Source: Chiloscyllium plagiosum
Lineage: Eukaryota
Length of the DNA: 64,000 nt
Reading direction: 5' to 3'
Assembly: GCF_004010195.1 (NCBI RefSeq)
Contig: NC_057750.1
Span: 2,282,425-2,346,424, forward strand
Shown here: in pieces, positions 63,973 to 64,000 of the stretch
Position numbering within the stretch: position 1 is the first letter of the stretch
How the letters are laid out: each line of letters starts with the position of its first letter
Made by a program: the position numbers and the translations under genes
Notes under the pieces: generated by a model
Seen by the model: the letters and a program-made list of their open reading frames with translations, nothing else
Told to the model about the DNA's origin: nothing
Database searches by the model: none

Positions 63973-64000
63973 TAGGAATAAGCCTCAGTAACCATTGACT

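Overview
Vertebrate genomic DNA, very probably a shark, judging from HE1/V-SINEs, CR1 LINEs, Penelope-like ends and DeuSINE relics; species not determinable. Most listed ORFs are retroelement debris. Two spliced genes can be rebuilt on +. (1) A SPINT2/HAI-2-like type I membrane Kunitz inhibitor, nine exons at 16392-34492, architecture Kunitz-LDLRa-Kunitz-Kunitz-TM; its 5' exon(s) are not seen. (2) Exons 2-4 of a PPP1R14A/CPI-17-like gene at 41351-52219; exon 1 is missing and the exons lie in a block of exactly 20,000 bp between two gaps of exactly 500 N. Also present: a decayed Gmr1-type Gypsy LTR element, a long CR1 copy with esterase ORF1, a 20-bp minisatellite, and many short Penelope-end inserts carrying minimal hammerhead-ribozyme cores, often as hairpins with 11-18 bp target-site duplications. 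All calls were made by eye, with family comparisons from memory; repeat boundaries are approximate.
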